A DNA stretch of 64,000 bases from Hamiltosporidium tvaerminnensis FI-OER-3-3 (lineage: Eukaryota > Fungi > Microsporidia): contig JAKIMF020000007.1 in NCBI GenBank assembly GCA_022605425.2, forward strand, positions 248,001 to 312,000. The letters run 5' to 3'. Positions 23,851-34,350 of this stretch are shown here, one piece after another. Under the pieces are notes generated by a model that was not told the DNA's origin, did not search any database, and saw only the letters and a program-made list of their open reading frames with translations. Position numbers and translations under genes: made by a program. Numbering within the stretch: the stretch's first letter is position 1; every line of letters begins with the position of its first letter.

Positions 23851-25209
23851 TAGTGTTTTTCGATCAATATAATAATCCTTGCAAGAATATAATAATTATT
23901 TTTTAAAAATTAAAATGATAAACAGTACTTGAGATTTATTATTATTCAAGAATCACTTGCCTTACTTTAGCTTTTTGCAAATATCCTAACATTTTACCGT
24001 AAAAAGAACTACAATGTTCTCACGTGATCTCATTAAATTTTTCATAAATTAATTTTCTCAACTGAGGCTCAGTACCAGCACCACCTCAAATTACTTTATT
24101 TTTCTAAACTGAGAATACATTTTCATTTGGATTAAGAAATGGAGAGTAAGGTGGAAGATGTTTGATTCGATACGAAGCAATTTCCTGATCATCATTCAAT
24201 CCACGATAGTGATGAATTCTCGCATTGTCCATTACAAATATTGAGGTCAAATTTCCTTGCCTTTGACAACTTTCATTAATCTCCTTAATAAATAATCTGA
24301 AATCTTCACCATTTACGGCCCTCTCATGAATCTTATGGTATATCATACCATATTTGTTCATTGCTGCGACTACTGAAATATTTCTACTTCGAGCTGCTGT
24401 TACAGATAGGTATGCAGATGCACCTCTCATGTTACGACCTCTACTGGGGCTTGTGACTATGCAAACCCAACTTCATCTAAAAAGGCAAAGTTTTTGTCAT
24501 CGTTATCAACCTCGAACTCATGAAAAACAGTTGCGTAATTGGTTCTTAGCTCAATTGTCGAAAGTGTATTTCTACGCTCAGGCACTAATGTTACACGCTT
24601 TAGAGTGTAATGGAACTCCCTTAGTGCGCGATCAATTGTACTAGTTGACACATCAATATTAAATGTACATTTGACCCATTATGCCAACTCATACAGGGTT
24701 TTTGTACATTCCAAATCAACATAAGCTTGTAAGCTCTTTTTTATTTCCAAGATTAACTTTGAGCGCCTATCACCACCTCTTTTATCGACAAATACCAAGC
24801 CAGTTTTTAAATATCGTCTAACGATACTATTAGCCGTCTGGTAATTTATTCGATACATCGAGGCAATTGCGGACATAGAATAGCCTTCTAATGGATTTTC
24901 AATTATGCGTTCCCGATCATTAATAGAAACATTTTGTTTCCTTAGAGTTGGAATAGTGGTTAGTGGGGGATTTTCATCATGTGATCCCGATTTTTTCACG
25001 AGACACTTCAAAACATTGTCATTTTCGCGCTTTAAACATTCTGGTGTTTCACCTAATAAATCATATTTGTTCTCGGAGTATTTTTACTTGAAAAATAATT
25101 TGACATGGGAGTTAATTTTATAATGAATGAATAATTTTTTAAATTTTTATTTTTTAAAAATAATTATTATATTGATTGCAAGGGTTATTATAGTAATCGA
25201 AAAACCCTA
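23851..25209 (-). mobile_element. Tc1/IS630-family DNA transposon (DD34E) with ~65-bp TIRs and TA target duplication
   Basis: Left end TA|TAGTGTTTTTCGATCAATATAATAATCCTTGCAAGAATATAATAATTATTTTTTAAAAA. The reverse complement of the right end is TA|TAGGGTTTTTCGATTACTATAATAACCCTTGCAATCAATATAATAATTATTTTTAAAAA. Confidence 0.93.
23942..25106 (-). pseudogene. Tc1-like transposase pseudogene
   Basis: HTH region (ORF 24679-25011), FLDEVGF, MDNARIHH and LPPYSPFLNPNE, with 34 residues between D and E. Stops at 24679 and 24104 and frameshifts near 25085 and 24460. Confidence 0.9.
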
Positions 25210-26161
25210 TATCTTTTATAACTAATTAAGCTTGGAAACTCTTTAAACTGTCAAAAAGAAAAACACAAAAAATGTATAAAAAAAGATGAAGAGACATCTG
25301 TTATTCGAATATCATCAGAAAATGAATTAATATTGCCTAGAAATACATGTAAATTAACATAATTCAGGGTATGTGCCTTTTTTATGTAAATTTCAAATTA
25401 TGCACTTTTCCGAATAGAAAGGCAAGAGAAATTGAAAGAAAGAATCTGAAGGCGTAGGTTGGGTTATAATGTGAATTTACTGTAAACAACAAAGGGCTTA
25501 CCTCTGAATAATAACCAATTATAAATTTTCTCTGCTTTAATATTAAATATACGATGAAAATGAAGGATGAAGGTTTTATGCCAAAAAAACAATTTCTCGG
25601 CAATATTTTGATTACTTTTTTTCACAAATAATTTTAAAAAGTAAGACCCGATATTATATTTGAGTAATTTATTTTCTTGAAATTGATAATATACAAGTTT
25701 ACTATAGTATTTTTTTTTAATTCAAAACTTTTATAACTTGATTATAACCGATTTTAATTGTATCGTAATAACTTGTTGAACAAATCCTGATATTTATGAC
25801 TTTAAAATTAAACATATCTCAAAATTCAAGATTAAAAATAATGCAAAATCGGAAATTCTTTATTGGAATCATATTTGATGACAATTTTAGTCGTTTTTTC
25901 GGCACACTTCACAGACTTACATGTTCGATTTCAAAAACACTCAACTAAAAGATATCTAACTATTAACAATCAAATATCTAACAAACCCCTATAGTTAAAA
26001 CTGTCCAAAGACAATAATTGATTCCTGAGAATCACCTAAAACAGCAAAAAGCTTATATGAGCCAAATAACAGGCAAAGAAAGATTTTAGAAATGAAAGGC
26101 AATAAAAATCGTGAAAAACAAATAAATTAATATTAAAAAGTATCTTTTATCGATAAATCTG

Positions 26162-27100
26162 ATGGGTAGAAAGAAAAATGTTAGCAGCGAAATATCGAAT
26201 AATACCAAAATAAAGGCTGCAAACGACGCTGATGAGGTGAAAAAGAGTGATAGTGAGATACAAAAATGTAAGCTACACCCACCGGCGATTCCCCTACCTT
26301 CCTCCTCCTACACAACAATAACACCTCCACCACCAAGCCAAACATGCAGTAAAATGCAAAATAGTGGGCTTGACACCTTACCTTCGCCTAATGCACCAGT
26401 TCCCTCTTCGGTTGAAGTCTCTGCGTGCGAGCCATCGTACGACATGACAAGCCTCTGTACTCTAGCTATTCCGGAAGGTAACAGGCTAATGGCATTGCGG
26501 ACGATATTCGATTCCGTAACAGCCGACCCGAAGGAATGGCCTCGAATTGTTTTTTTTGCAGTACAGACAAGGTTTGAAAGAATGCCAAGAAATGGCTGGA
26601 CAGAGCTTCACAGGTACTATAATGAGAAATTTGGCTGCACTGAAACTCTCGAAGTGTTAAAAAAATTGGCACAAAGTGAGATGGGAAAGGATGTAAAATC
26701 AGAAGAGAATGGAGAGCGACGTAGAATCGCCACTTGTCTCGCTGATACATGCACCTTGACCGACACCACGGAGTACATAAACCTGAGAGATAAATTCTTG
26801 AGTAAAATCAAAGAAATCTCTGAGAACGAAATTGGAAAAGTGGTGGTCCGAACTAGAAAACATCCAAATGAATTGGTTGATAGTAAAGTTCTGGATCTCA
26901 TAAATCGAGTAGTCGGTGAATATGCAGGAGCACATGTACCTGAGTCAATTACGGAAGCCGCGTATATCATGCAAGCTGCGCAGGTATGCTATGACGAGGC
27001 AACACGTAAAGAGAAGCCTAGATCCGCTGGGAAGAAAAGCATAGAAAGTAAAATTTCTAAGTTAGTACTTTCCAAAGATCTTCTCGAGAAGGCTCGTAAG
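26162..27100 (+). CDS. N-terminal segment of the retrotransposon ORF (Pro/Ser-rich start), in frame with the RT ORF
   Basis: Same frame as 27146-29923 and separated from it only by two TAG codons. Homologous to 60555-61487(-). Confidence 0.8.
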
Positions 27101-27145
27101 TAGGAAAAGCTCTCCATTTAGGAAACGAAGAGCCTTAAGAAAGTC

Positions 27146-29923
27146 ATGCGAGAGTTTTATTTAAACTTGAGCAGCGTAACTGATCTTTCTGAGGCTTTAG
27201 TTAAGAAGAATGAGTCTTTGAATGTTTACGAGAAAAAAATTACGATGCATGAAAGTAGGAAGCAATTCCGAAAAGAGAATCGTATGTTTGAGCTTTTCCG
27301 AGGTCGATTTTATCGTGGGTTATCCGAGCGTGTGGAATCCGAGCATGTGGTTAGCCGTGATGAAATTGTGAGTTTTTGGTCTACAATGTGGAACAAAAAT
27401 GATGACACAGTCACGTACGATGATTATTTGATTCCATTTGTATCAGATAATCATCCGACCACGTTTCCTTCACTTGATGAATTTGTGAATATCATTAATT
27501 GGCTCCCTAATTGGAAAGCTGCTGGAATTGATGGTATTTACAATTTTTTCATTAAGAAACTTACAACTCTTCACAAATATCTTTATGATATTGTGAAAGT
27601 TATATGTTTAGAAGGAACACCTCAAGCTGATTGGTTTTACTGCGGGCTTACGTATTTGATACCGAAAGGAATTCCACGAAGAGGCTCTGACTACAGGCCA
27701 ATCACTTGTATGTCCAACCTCTATAAGTTAACGACAAAGTGTGTAACGAAAGTCGTTCAACTTGAAGTGGAAAGGCGAGGGTTGCTTGCAGAGAACCAAC
27801 TAGGGGCGGTAAGAGGTGTGCAGGGAGCGAAAGAGCAGGCTCTACTGAATATTGCCTTAAATAAAGAGTATGGAAATAATCTTAAGGCAACATGGATTGA
27901 TGTTAAAAAGGCTTATGATTCAATAGATCATGCTTATTTAACTCAATGCATTGAAAACCTTAATTTACCTGATTGGATCCTGAAATTTATTAAGGTAATT
28001 ATATCAAAATGGAAAATTGATATATCAGTAGGGCCTGAAAAAATCATGAGCAAGAAGATTGATAGAGGGATTCTACAAGGAGATAGTCTGTCACCTTTGT
28101 TATTTGTGTTGTGTATGGATCCATTAAGCCGAAAGCTTAATGAAAAATACACAAAAGTGACAGTACAAACAGATGCAGAATCTCATTCTACTAATCATCT
28201 CTTGTTTATTGATATTCTTAAGCTCCTTGCAAAAGACAGCTCCACATTGAGTGCTATGACAGGCGAGGCAAAGGAATTTTTAGAGGTGATTGGCTTAGAG
28301 ATTAACAAAGAGAAGTCAGCCACAAATGATACGTGTTGTGAAGATACTGCTACTCTTCTAGAAGGTGTTAGTGTTTACAAATATTTAGGAATAATAGAAG
28401 ATAGCAGAGGAATCCCAACACGTAGCTCATTTGAAGAAGTACAGAGCAAACTTATATCAAGAGTTGAAAGACTTTGTCACACTAGATTAAATGCAAAAAA
28501 TTTATTTTCTGCAATCAATCAACATGCGATATCGTTAATCAACTACCACATAGGAGTACTTCGACTTGAACCGGCTGACTTCTCTAAGTTAGATCATGCA
28601 GTGCGTGCGGTGTTGGTTAAAAATAAGATACATCTCCGCCCAGGATGTAAAGAGCGGTTGTATCTTCCTAGAACAGAACTTGGAAGAGGCCTACATAGTG
28701 TTGAGTTGCGAAGCGAACATATGCTTCTGCAACTCTTGGATTGTCTGGAAAAAAGTAAAGAAATATCAACTAGACGAGCAGCAATCCTCAAGGTGGAGAA
28801 TAATAATAAAACCCATCTTGCACTAATAAAAGGCTTCTTAAAAGTAAAGTACAGGTTGGTAGAAGAAGTCACTAAGAAAAGTTTAGAAGAAGCTCAACTT
28901 GCAAAACTATATAACGAAATAGAAAAACGAAAACTCCATTCAAAGTTATATAATGCAAGGAAAAATGAGCTTGTGAGTGTTAGTGACTCTTCAAGATGGC
29001 TAAAGAGAGGAAATATTAGGCCACGAAATGAAGCTGTGTTCTGCTATATCCAGGATAGAAATGTATTCTGGGGAGCAGATGGTGTGTGTCAACATTGCGG
29101 GAAGTCTGGTAAGACTGTGGATCATCTAGCAACTAGATGTGAAAAAATGCTAGGCCATGATTACACTAGACGGCATAATGAAGTGGTTAGATGCCTACAC
29201 CTTCTCCTTCTAAATAGATATAAGTTTAAGTCTTCAAAACGAATAAGGAGCCACTCAGTTCAAGAAATTCTTGATAATGAGTATGCAGAGATAAGAGTGG
29301 ACACCAGAATTAAAACTGATGTTAAAATTCGGAATAACAGACCGGACATATTTATTTTAGATAAGAAGAAGAATAAGATAACACTCATTGAAGTAGGAAT
29401 CACTTCCCAAGATTCACTTCAAATAGTTGAAACTGAAAAACTTAGGAAGTATGACCTGTTAGCCAATGAGTTGGGCCTTATTTATAAGTGTAGTGTTGAG
29501 ATAATCCCTTATGTGATGACCTGGGACGGTATTGTGACAAAATACCATAAATCTCATCTTAAAAGACTAGAAATACCCATGAATGTAGAAGCATACATTC
29601 AGTCTATAGTACTTAAAAAGACAGTCGAAACTATTTCCTTTGATCGACGAAGAGGACTTGAGTCAGGACTAAATGCCGAAGAGAGCTGGGAGAGAGCGTC
29701 AATGGGTGTTATTATGAGATCAGAGATGCATGAGGAACCAATACCCCCTTTAAAAGAAGCGAAAACAGAGGAAGATGGTGCCAAAAATTTTAAACCAAAA
29801 TATAAAGCCCCCTTTATTTTACAAGGAGGAACCACTTTAGAGGAACCGACCAATAACATAAATGAAGAGTCGGATTTGGAAGAAGAGACAAAAGTGGTTA
29901 AAGAGGTAGAAGAAAACATGTAA
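27146..29923 (+). CDS. Reverse transcriptase - CCHC zinc knuckle - restriction-like endonuclease
   Basis: RT motifs KAAGIDG, DYRPITC, IDVKKAYDS, GILQGDSLSP, LFID(I), YKYLG. Zinc knuckle CQHC..TVDHLATRC, RHNEVV, and PD-(D/E)xK nuclease RPDIFILD..IEVG..KLRKY. Confidence 0.95.
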   Translation: MREFYLNLSSVTDLSEALVKKNESLNVYEKKITMHESRKQFRKENRMFELFRGRFYRGLSERVESEHVVSRDEIVSFWSTMWNKNDDTVTYDDYLIPFVSDNHPTTFPSLDEFVNIINWLPNWKAAGIDGIYNFFIKKLTTLHKYLYDIVKVICLEGTPQADWFYCGLTYLIPKGIPRRGSDYRPITCMSNLYKLTTKCVTKVVQLEVERRGLLAENQLGAVRGVQGAKEQALLNIALNKEYGNNLKATWIDVKKAYDSIDHAYLTQCIENLNLPDWILKFIKVIISKWKIDISVGPEKIMSKKIDRGILQGDSLSPLLFVLCMDPLSRKLNEKYTKVTVQTDAESHSTNHLLFIDILKLLAKDSSTLSAMTGEAKEFLEVIGLEINKEKSATNDTCCEDTATLLEGVSVYKYLGIIEDSRGIPTRSSFEEVQSKLISRVERLCHTRLNAKNLFSAINQHAISLINYHIGVLRLEPADFSKLDHAVRAVLVKNKIHLRPGCKERLYLPRTELGRGLHSVELRSEHMLLQLLDCLEKSKEISTRRAAILKVENNNKTHLALIKGFLKVKYRLVEEVTKKSLEEAQLAKLYNEIEKRKLHSKLYNARKNELVSVSDSSRWLKRGNIRPRNEAVFCYIQDRNVFWGADGVCQHCGKSGKTVDHLATRCEKMLGHDYTRRHNEVVRCLHLLLLNRYKFKSSKRIRSHSVQEILDNEYAEIRVDTRIKTDVKIRNNRPDIFILDKKKNKITLIEVGITSQDSLQIVETEKLRKYDLLANELGLIYKCSVEIIPYVMTWDGIVTKYHKSHLKRLEIPMNVEAYIQSIVLKKTVETISFDRRRGLESGLNAEESWERASMGVIMRSEMHEEPIPPLKEAKTEEDGAKNFKPKYKAPFILQGGTTLEEPTNNINEESDLEEETKVVKEVEENM

Positions 29924-32325
29924 AAATGGTAAAAAATATTTTAACCCAGAATTTTATTAAATAAAAAATCGATAAATCTGGATTACTTGAATATTTAATT
30001 TTTGAAGACCAACCACACCTTTTAAACCTTAAATAATCAAATATAATGTATAAAATAAAAATTCAAATATTTTACGATTGAAAAAACCTTAAAGAAAATA
30101 GAGAGCGTATCTCCACGTAAACGAATTTTCTCTCTTTATCTTGGTTATGATGAAATTAATTTAGTTAGCGCAATTATAAATATTTAAAGAGGGCGATATA
30201 AACAGAAAATATATCAATACAAGATATAATATCTTGTAGAAAAAGGAAAGTTAATAGTCATAGAATAAGTTAAAAAATTTGTTTAAAAGTAGATGCTTTT
30301 TATAAAAGAGAAATTGATATAAATTATTCATGATGTAAAGCTGCATCATCTTTTAAGAAATTTTTAAGTTAACAAAATTTTAAAAAGGATCATAGCAAAA
30401 AATTCTCTTAAAGATTAAGAAAAAATATAAGAAGAAATTTCGATCTAGAGTTGAAAGAATTCGACAAACTAGATTCACTACAAAAATATATATTTCTGTA
30501 ATTAATTAACAGGTAATCTATTTTAATCATTTATCACGTGCGAACAGTTTAGCCTAGGTAGTTAAAATTCACATTTAGATAATAAAATGCATACAATTTA
30601 ATGAAAAAAAGGGAAAGATATAGATGGTGCATAAGATGCGCCTTTTTATTTTCATATATGAGATCAAGGGCTTAAATTTGTCGGTTTCGATAAAAAAATA
30701 TATCTAGTTCAGTTTGTGGATGCTCTAAAAATCCCTAAAAAAAGATTTACTTGAAGAAAAACTATGCCTTAAAATGTGAAAGTATAGAACTAAATCTTCC
30801 AAAAAAATAAATTTTTTATTCCCGTCAAATTAAATTGAAAAAAAATATTATCTGAGAAATATTTATAAAGTTTAATTTTTAGATTTATACTAAACTAGAA
30901 AATAAATATATCATTAAAAGTCCAATACTCCCCACCCCCCAAAAAAAAGTAATTTGTATTATTTCTTCTGACATTTGGTTCTTAAAAGGGAAGATAAAAT
31001 TATCAATGATTTCCTTTGTTTTAGTTTTAAGACAGAAAACGAATTTCTGACTACTATACAAGAATATTAAGGTTGTTTTTGGTTTTAAAAATTCCAAAGT
31101 TGTGTTAAAAAACTAGATACTGTAGAAATGACATTAGGACTAATTAGCATGCCTCAAAATATAAATTTCGGCTTCGAAATTAACATCTCCTGCATAATTA
31201 TGCATATAGGTATCAAGACATATAAATATCAATTTGTGTAAGAAATCCTAAAAAAATGTAAGCGAAAATAAAATGAAATACAAAATGTCTCTATACAGAC
31301 TCAAAAATTGATTCAAGATATAAAAAACCAAATAATATTACGCTTTAAAAGTGTTTTACCTTCAAAAATATTCACTTTACATTTTTCAAACCTAAAGACC
31401 AAAAGATCCAATGTATTAATACATAAAAAAAGACCATTTGTAGTTTGATATTAAGATAATATCATATATAATAACTTTAAATGTTTCAAAAACCGAATAT
31501 CATTGGTTGAACTATAGAAGTTTCGTATACTAATATTATTGAAGGCCTGGATTTAGTCTACGCTAAAACAAAAATACACAAAACTATATATTTCGATCGG
31601 TGAAAAAAAAGATCTGAAGCCAGATACAAATAGTAATGTAATAATGCATCAGAAATATATTACAAAGAGCAGGAATCAATGAACAAAAAACAACTTCATT
31701 AAAAATACATGTAAATGAAAACATAAAATGGTAGGCAAGTAAATACAAAACATTAGCGTAAAAGTAGGGATTAAAAGTCAAATTATAAAATTTTAACTAA
31801 AATATGAAAAAAAAAACTCAAATATAAATGTAAAACACAGATAAAGTAAATCAGAAAATAGATAGAAATGTAAAAGAAAATAGAGAGAAAACATCTGAAT
31901 ATTATAATTGATTTAATGGAAATGTAAAAATTTAAAGTCTTATATTTTATTCGAGGTTCCTTTCAAAATCATTTATTTAAAATATAGAGAACAATGATTG
32001 TAATTTATATTCGATACTTCACAGGCTTAAGAATGCTTAAATAACGATCATAATTAGTGTTTAAAATCATTTATTTTATAAAATTTTGCACGTTCTCAAT
32101 TACAGGAACTCAATATCCATCTCAAAATACAAATTTTATAATCTATTGTAAATTTACACTTAAAAATAATGTAACAGAATTTAAATTTTCTGTAAAATAA
32201 TCTTTGAACTAAAAAAAGTGTTTTTGAACGAAAAGTGTGGTTTTAAATTGAAAACATTGGGAAATTGAAACTAAAACTTAAAGAATTTAAATATATAAGA
32301 AATTTAAAACGTTGAGAAAATTTAT

Positions 32326-32328
32326 CCC
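32326..32328 (+). promoter_or_regulatory. Microsporidian CCC-like start-proximal motif
   Basis: tttatCCC-ATG directly before TFIIE alpha. Similar motifs at 18248(+), 25107-25109(-), 55504-55506(-) and 3158-3160(-). Confidence 0.6.
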
Positions 32329-33243
32329 ATGGAATATGAAGAAATAATGAAAAAACTTATAAAAAAAACGATGCGAATGTTTTATGAAACTCATCATGCT
32401 GTAATAATGGATATATTACTTGAATACATGATAATGTATGATAACGAGATCTGTGAAAAGATGAAAATGTTAAATAAAGAATTTAACAGATTAGTTGTCA
32501 AACTAAAAGATGACAAATTGTTAAAAGCTGAAACAAAAATTGAAACCAAGAGTGACGGCCGACAACTATTACGTTGTGTATATTTTATTGTATATAGTGA
32601 AATTAAAGATGTCATAAAATATAAAATATTTAAAATGAGTAGATTTCTTGAACAGGAAATAAAAAATACTGAAAAATTACAAGGGTATAAGTGTAGTTCG
32701 TGTTTCAAGGAATTTGGAGTTTTAGAAGCACAAAGATTGTTAGAAAATTTTATTTTTAAATGTGATGAATGCTCTGGTAAACTTATCGAAAATAAAGGGA
32801 AAACAAGTATAGATGATCCACATATGTTACATTCAATTATGATGAATGAGCTCAGTGAGGTTATCTCAATGCTAAAAGAATTAGATAAGCATAATATACC
32901 ATCTATAGATTATTTCCAAGTTCTTGCCTTGAGAAAGGGAAAAGAAATGATGAAATCAAGTTCATTAAAAAGTGAATATAAAATTTGCGAAATTCAAGAG
33001 GAGGAAGAAAAACAGGAAATTTTTGCCGAAAATGAAGAAAAAAATGTTGAACTTAATTTTAAAGTATTCCAAAAACAAGAAGAATCTAAGAATGAAGTGA
33101 AAGAAGAATCGTCTATATTTGTAAATGTGAATGGAGTTTCTAAATTATTTTCACAAATTACAGAAGAAGACAAAGAAAAAATGAATGAGGACGAATATGA
33201 AAAATATTTTGAAATATTTTTAAAACAAAACGAAGCCTCATAA
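32329..33243 (+). CDS. TFA1: Transcription initiation factor IIE subunit alpha
   Basis: N-terminal winged helix (FYETHHAVIMDILL...IKDVIKYKIFKM), zinc ribbon YKCSSC...FKCDEC, and C-terminal VNVNGVSKLFSQITEEDKEKMNEDEYEKYF motif. Confidence 0.93.
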   Translation: MEYEEIMKKLIKKTMRMFYETHHAVIMDILLEYMIMYDNEICEKMKMLNKEFNRLVVKLKDDKLLKAETKIETKSDGRQLLRCVYFIVYSEIKDVIKYKIFKMSRFLEQEIKNTEKLQGYKCSSCFKEFGVLEAQRLLENFIFKCDECSGKLIENKGKTSIDDPHMLHSIMMNELSEVISMLKELDKHNIPSIDYFQVLALRKGKEMMKSSSLKSEYKICEIQEEEEKQEIFAENEEKNVELNFKVFQKQEESKNEVKEESSIFVNVNGVSKLFSQITEEDKEKMNEDEYEKYFEIFLKQNEAS

Positions 33244-34039
33244 ATCAAATCTAAAACAAAATACATTTTTAAAATTAAAGTATAAGGAAAATTATAGGCA
33301 AGAAATCTTACTAAAAATATTTTTAATTTTTAAAAATATTTTTTAACCTTAAAATTTTTATTTAAATAAATACATCGAGTTAAACAATTTTTTTGGTTTC
33401 TTTATTGAAAATATAAATTTTGTTAAGCTGATTCTTAAATCAAAGAATAATTTAACTTTTGTTTTTTTGATAAGATAATTTTTAATTACCAAAATAAATC
33501 TGTAAGTAATTAAAATTTATAGGAATATTTTAATAATTACATATTTTTTAGAATTTCACAAGTAAAAATAACAGTAAGTGATGATTAATATTAATTTCGG
33601 CTTCAACTTAACAATGTGAAAATTTATTATTTGAATATTCATTGTTTTAGTTTGAATTACTACATCCATTAATTTTTATTTTCATTGTAAAATTCCATAT
33701 ATCTGGTTTCTAAAAAAACCATTCCTGATTTGTCTTGTACCGTGAACTCGGACCTCTAGTCATATGTGGATTGTTCCCTGTCAAGAAAATATTGCAAAAA
33801 AAGTTATAAAAAATATTCCAATTTTCCTTTATTATCTGAACGTTTCTTTATATACATTACATAACCTTTCTCTATGATTATAATCTGAATTTTTTCATCA
33901 AAATAATAAAATATCGTTTTCTATTTTCAGAAATATTCCTTTCAAAATATGGATCATTTAATAAGTTGTTTAATATTTATTTATACTTTTGACACCGCTG
34001 TCTAAATTATTTTATGTAATATATATAAAAGACTGTTAA

Positions 34040-34350
34040 ATCCATAAGTTGGGAAAGCGTAGAGTAAGTGAAAATGCTACATAGTCTCGAGGGGGACCGA
34101 AGGTTGGTTTATAATTACAATTACACTCCATACAACGGAAATTGACGAACACAAGGCTATTGTATCGCCTATCAATTTGTTTATACACAGCTTTCAAAGG
34201 AATGGCTTTGAGATGTAGATTCAGCCGGGATAGCGAAAGTGTGATTGATGAGCAGCTATTTATGTTAAAAATAGAACTGCGTTGATGTCATAAAAAGACT
34301 GTGAGACTTGCCACTGTTTTTTAAAAAGATATAATATTTTTAAATAAAAA
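34040..34350 (+). mobile_element. Short 5'-truncated copy of non-LTR family B
   Basis: Colinear with 23045-23342 (gagtaagtg..atgct.catagtct, ctccat.caacgga.att.acgaac, tagaactgcgtt.atgt, cttgccact...aaaagat...aaataaaa). Confidence 0.65.

Larger units (their letters stand above)
26162..29967 (+). mobile_element. Full-length RLE-type (R4/Dong-like) non-LTR retrotransposon, family A, with 13-bp TSD
   Basis: ATCGATAAATCTG at 26149-26161 and 29968-29980. 3' terminus AACCCAGAATTTTATTAAATAAAAA. RT, CCHC and RLE domains inside. Confidence 0.95.

Noticed and set aside
27098-27121. Alternative genetic code (TAG or TAA read as Gln)
   Set aside because: The cyclin ends at TAG and other host genes end at TAA. 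Long host ORFs lack internal stops, and the tRNA-Gln has a normal UUG anticodon.
26466-29919. Several antisense and alternate-frame ORFs inside the retrotransposon (also 6794-7000, 57821-58150, 60754-61548)
   Set aside because: Shadow ORFs of the GC-richer element sequence.
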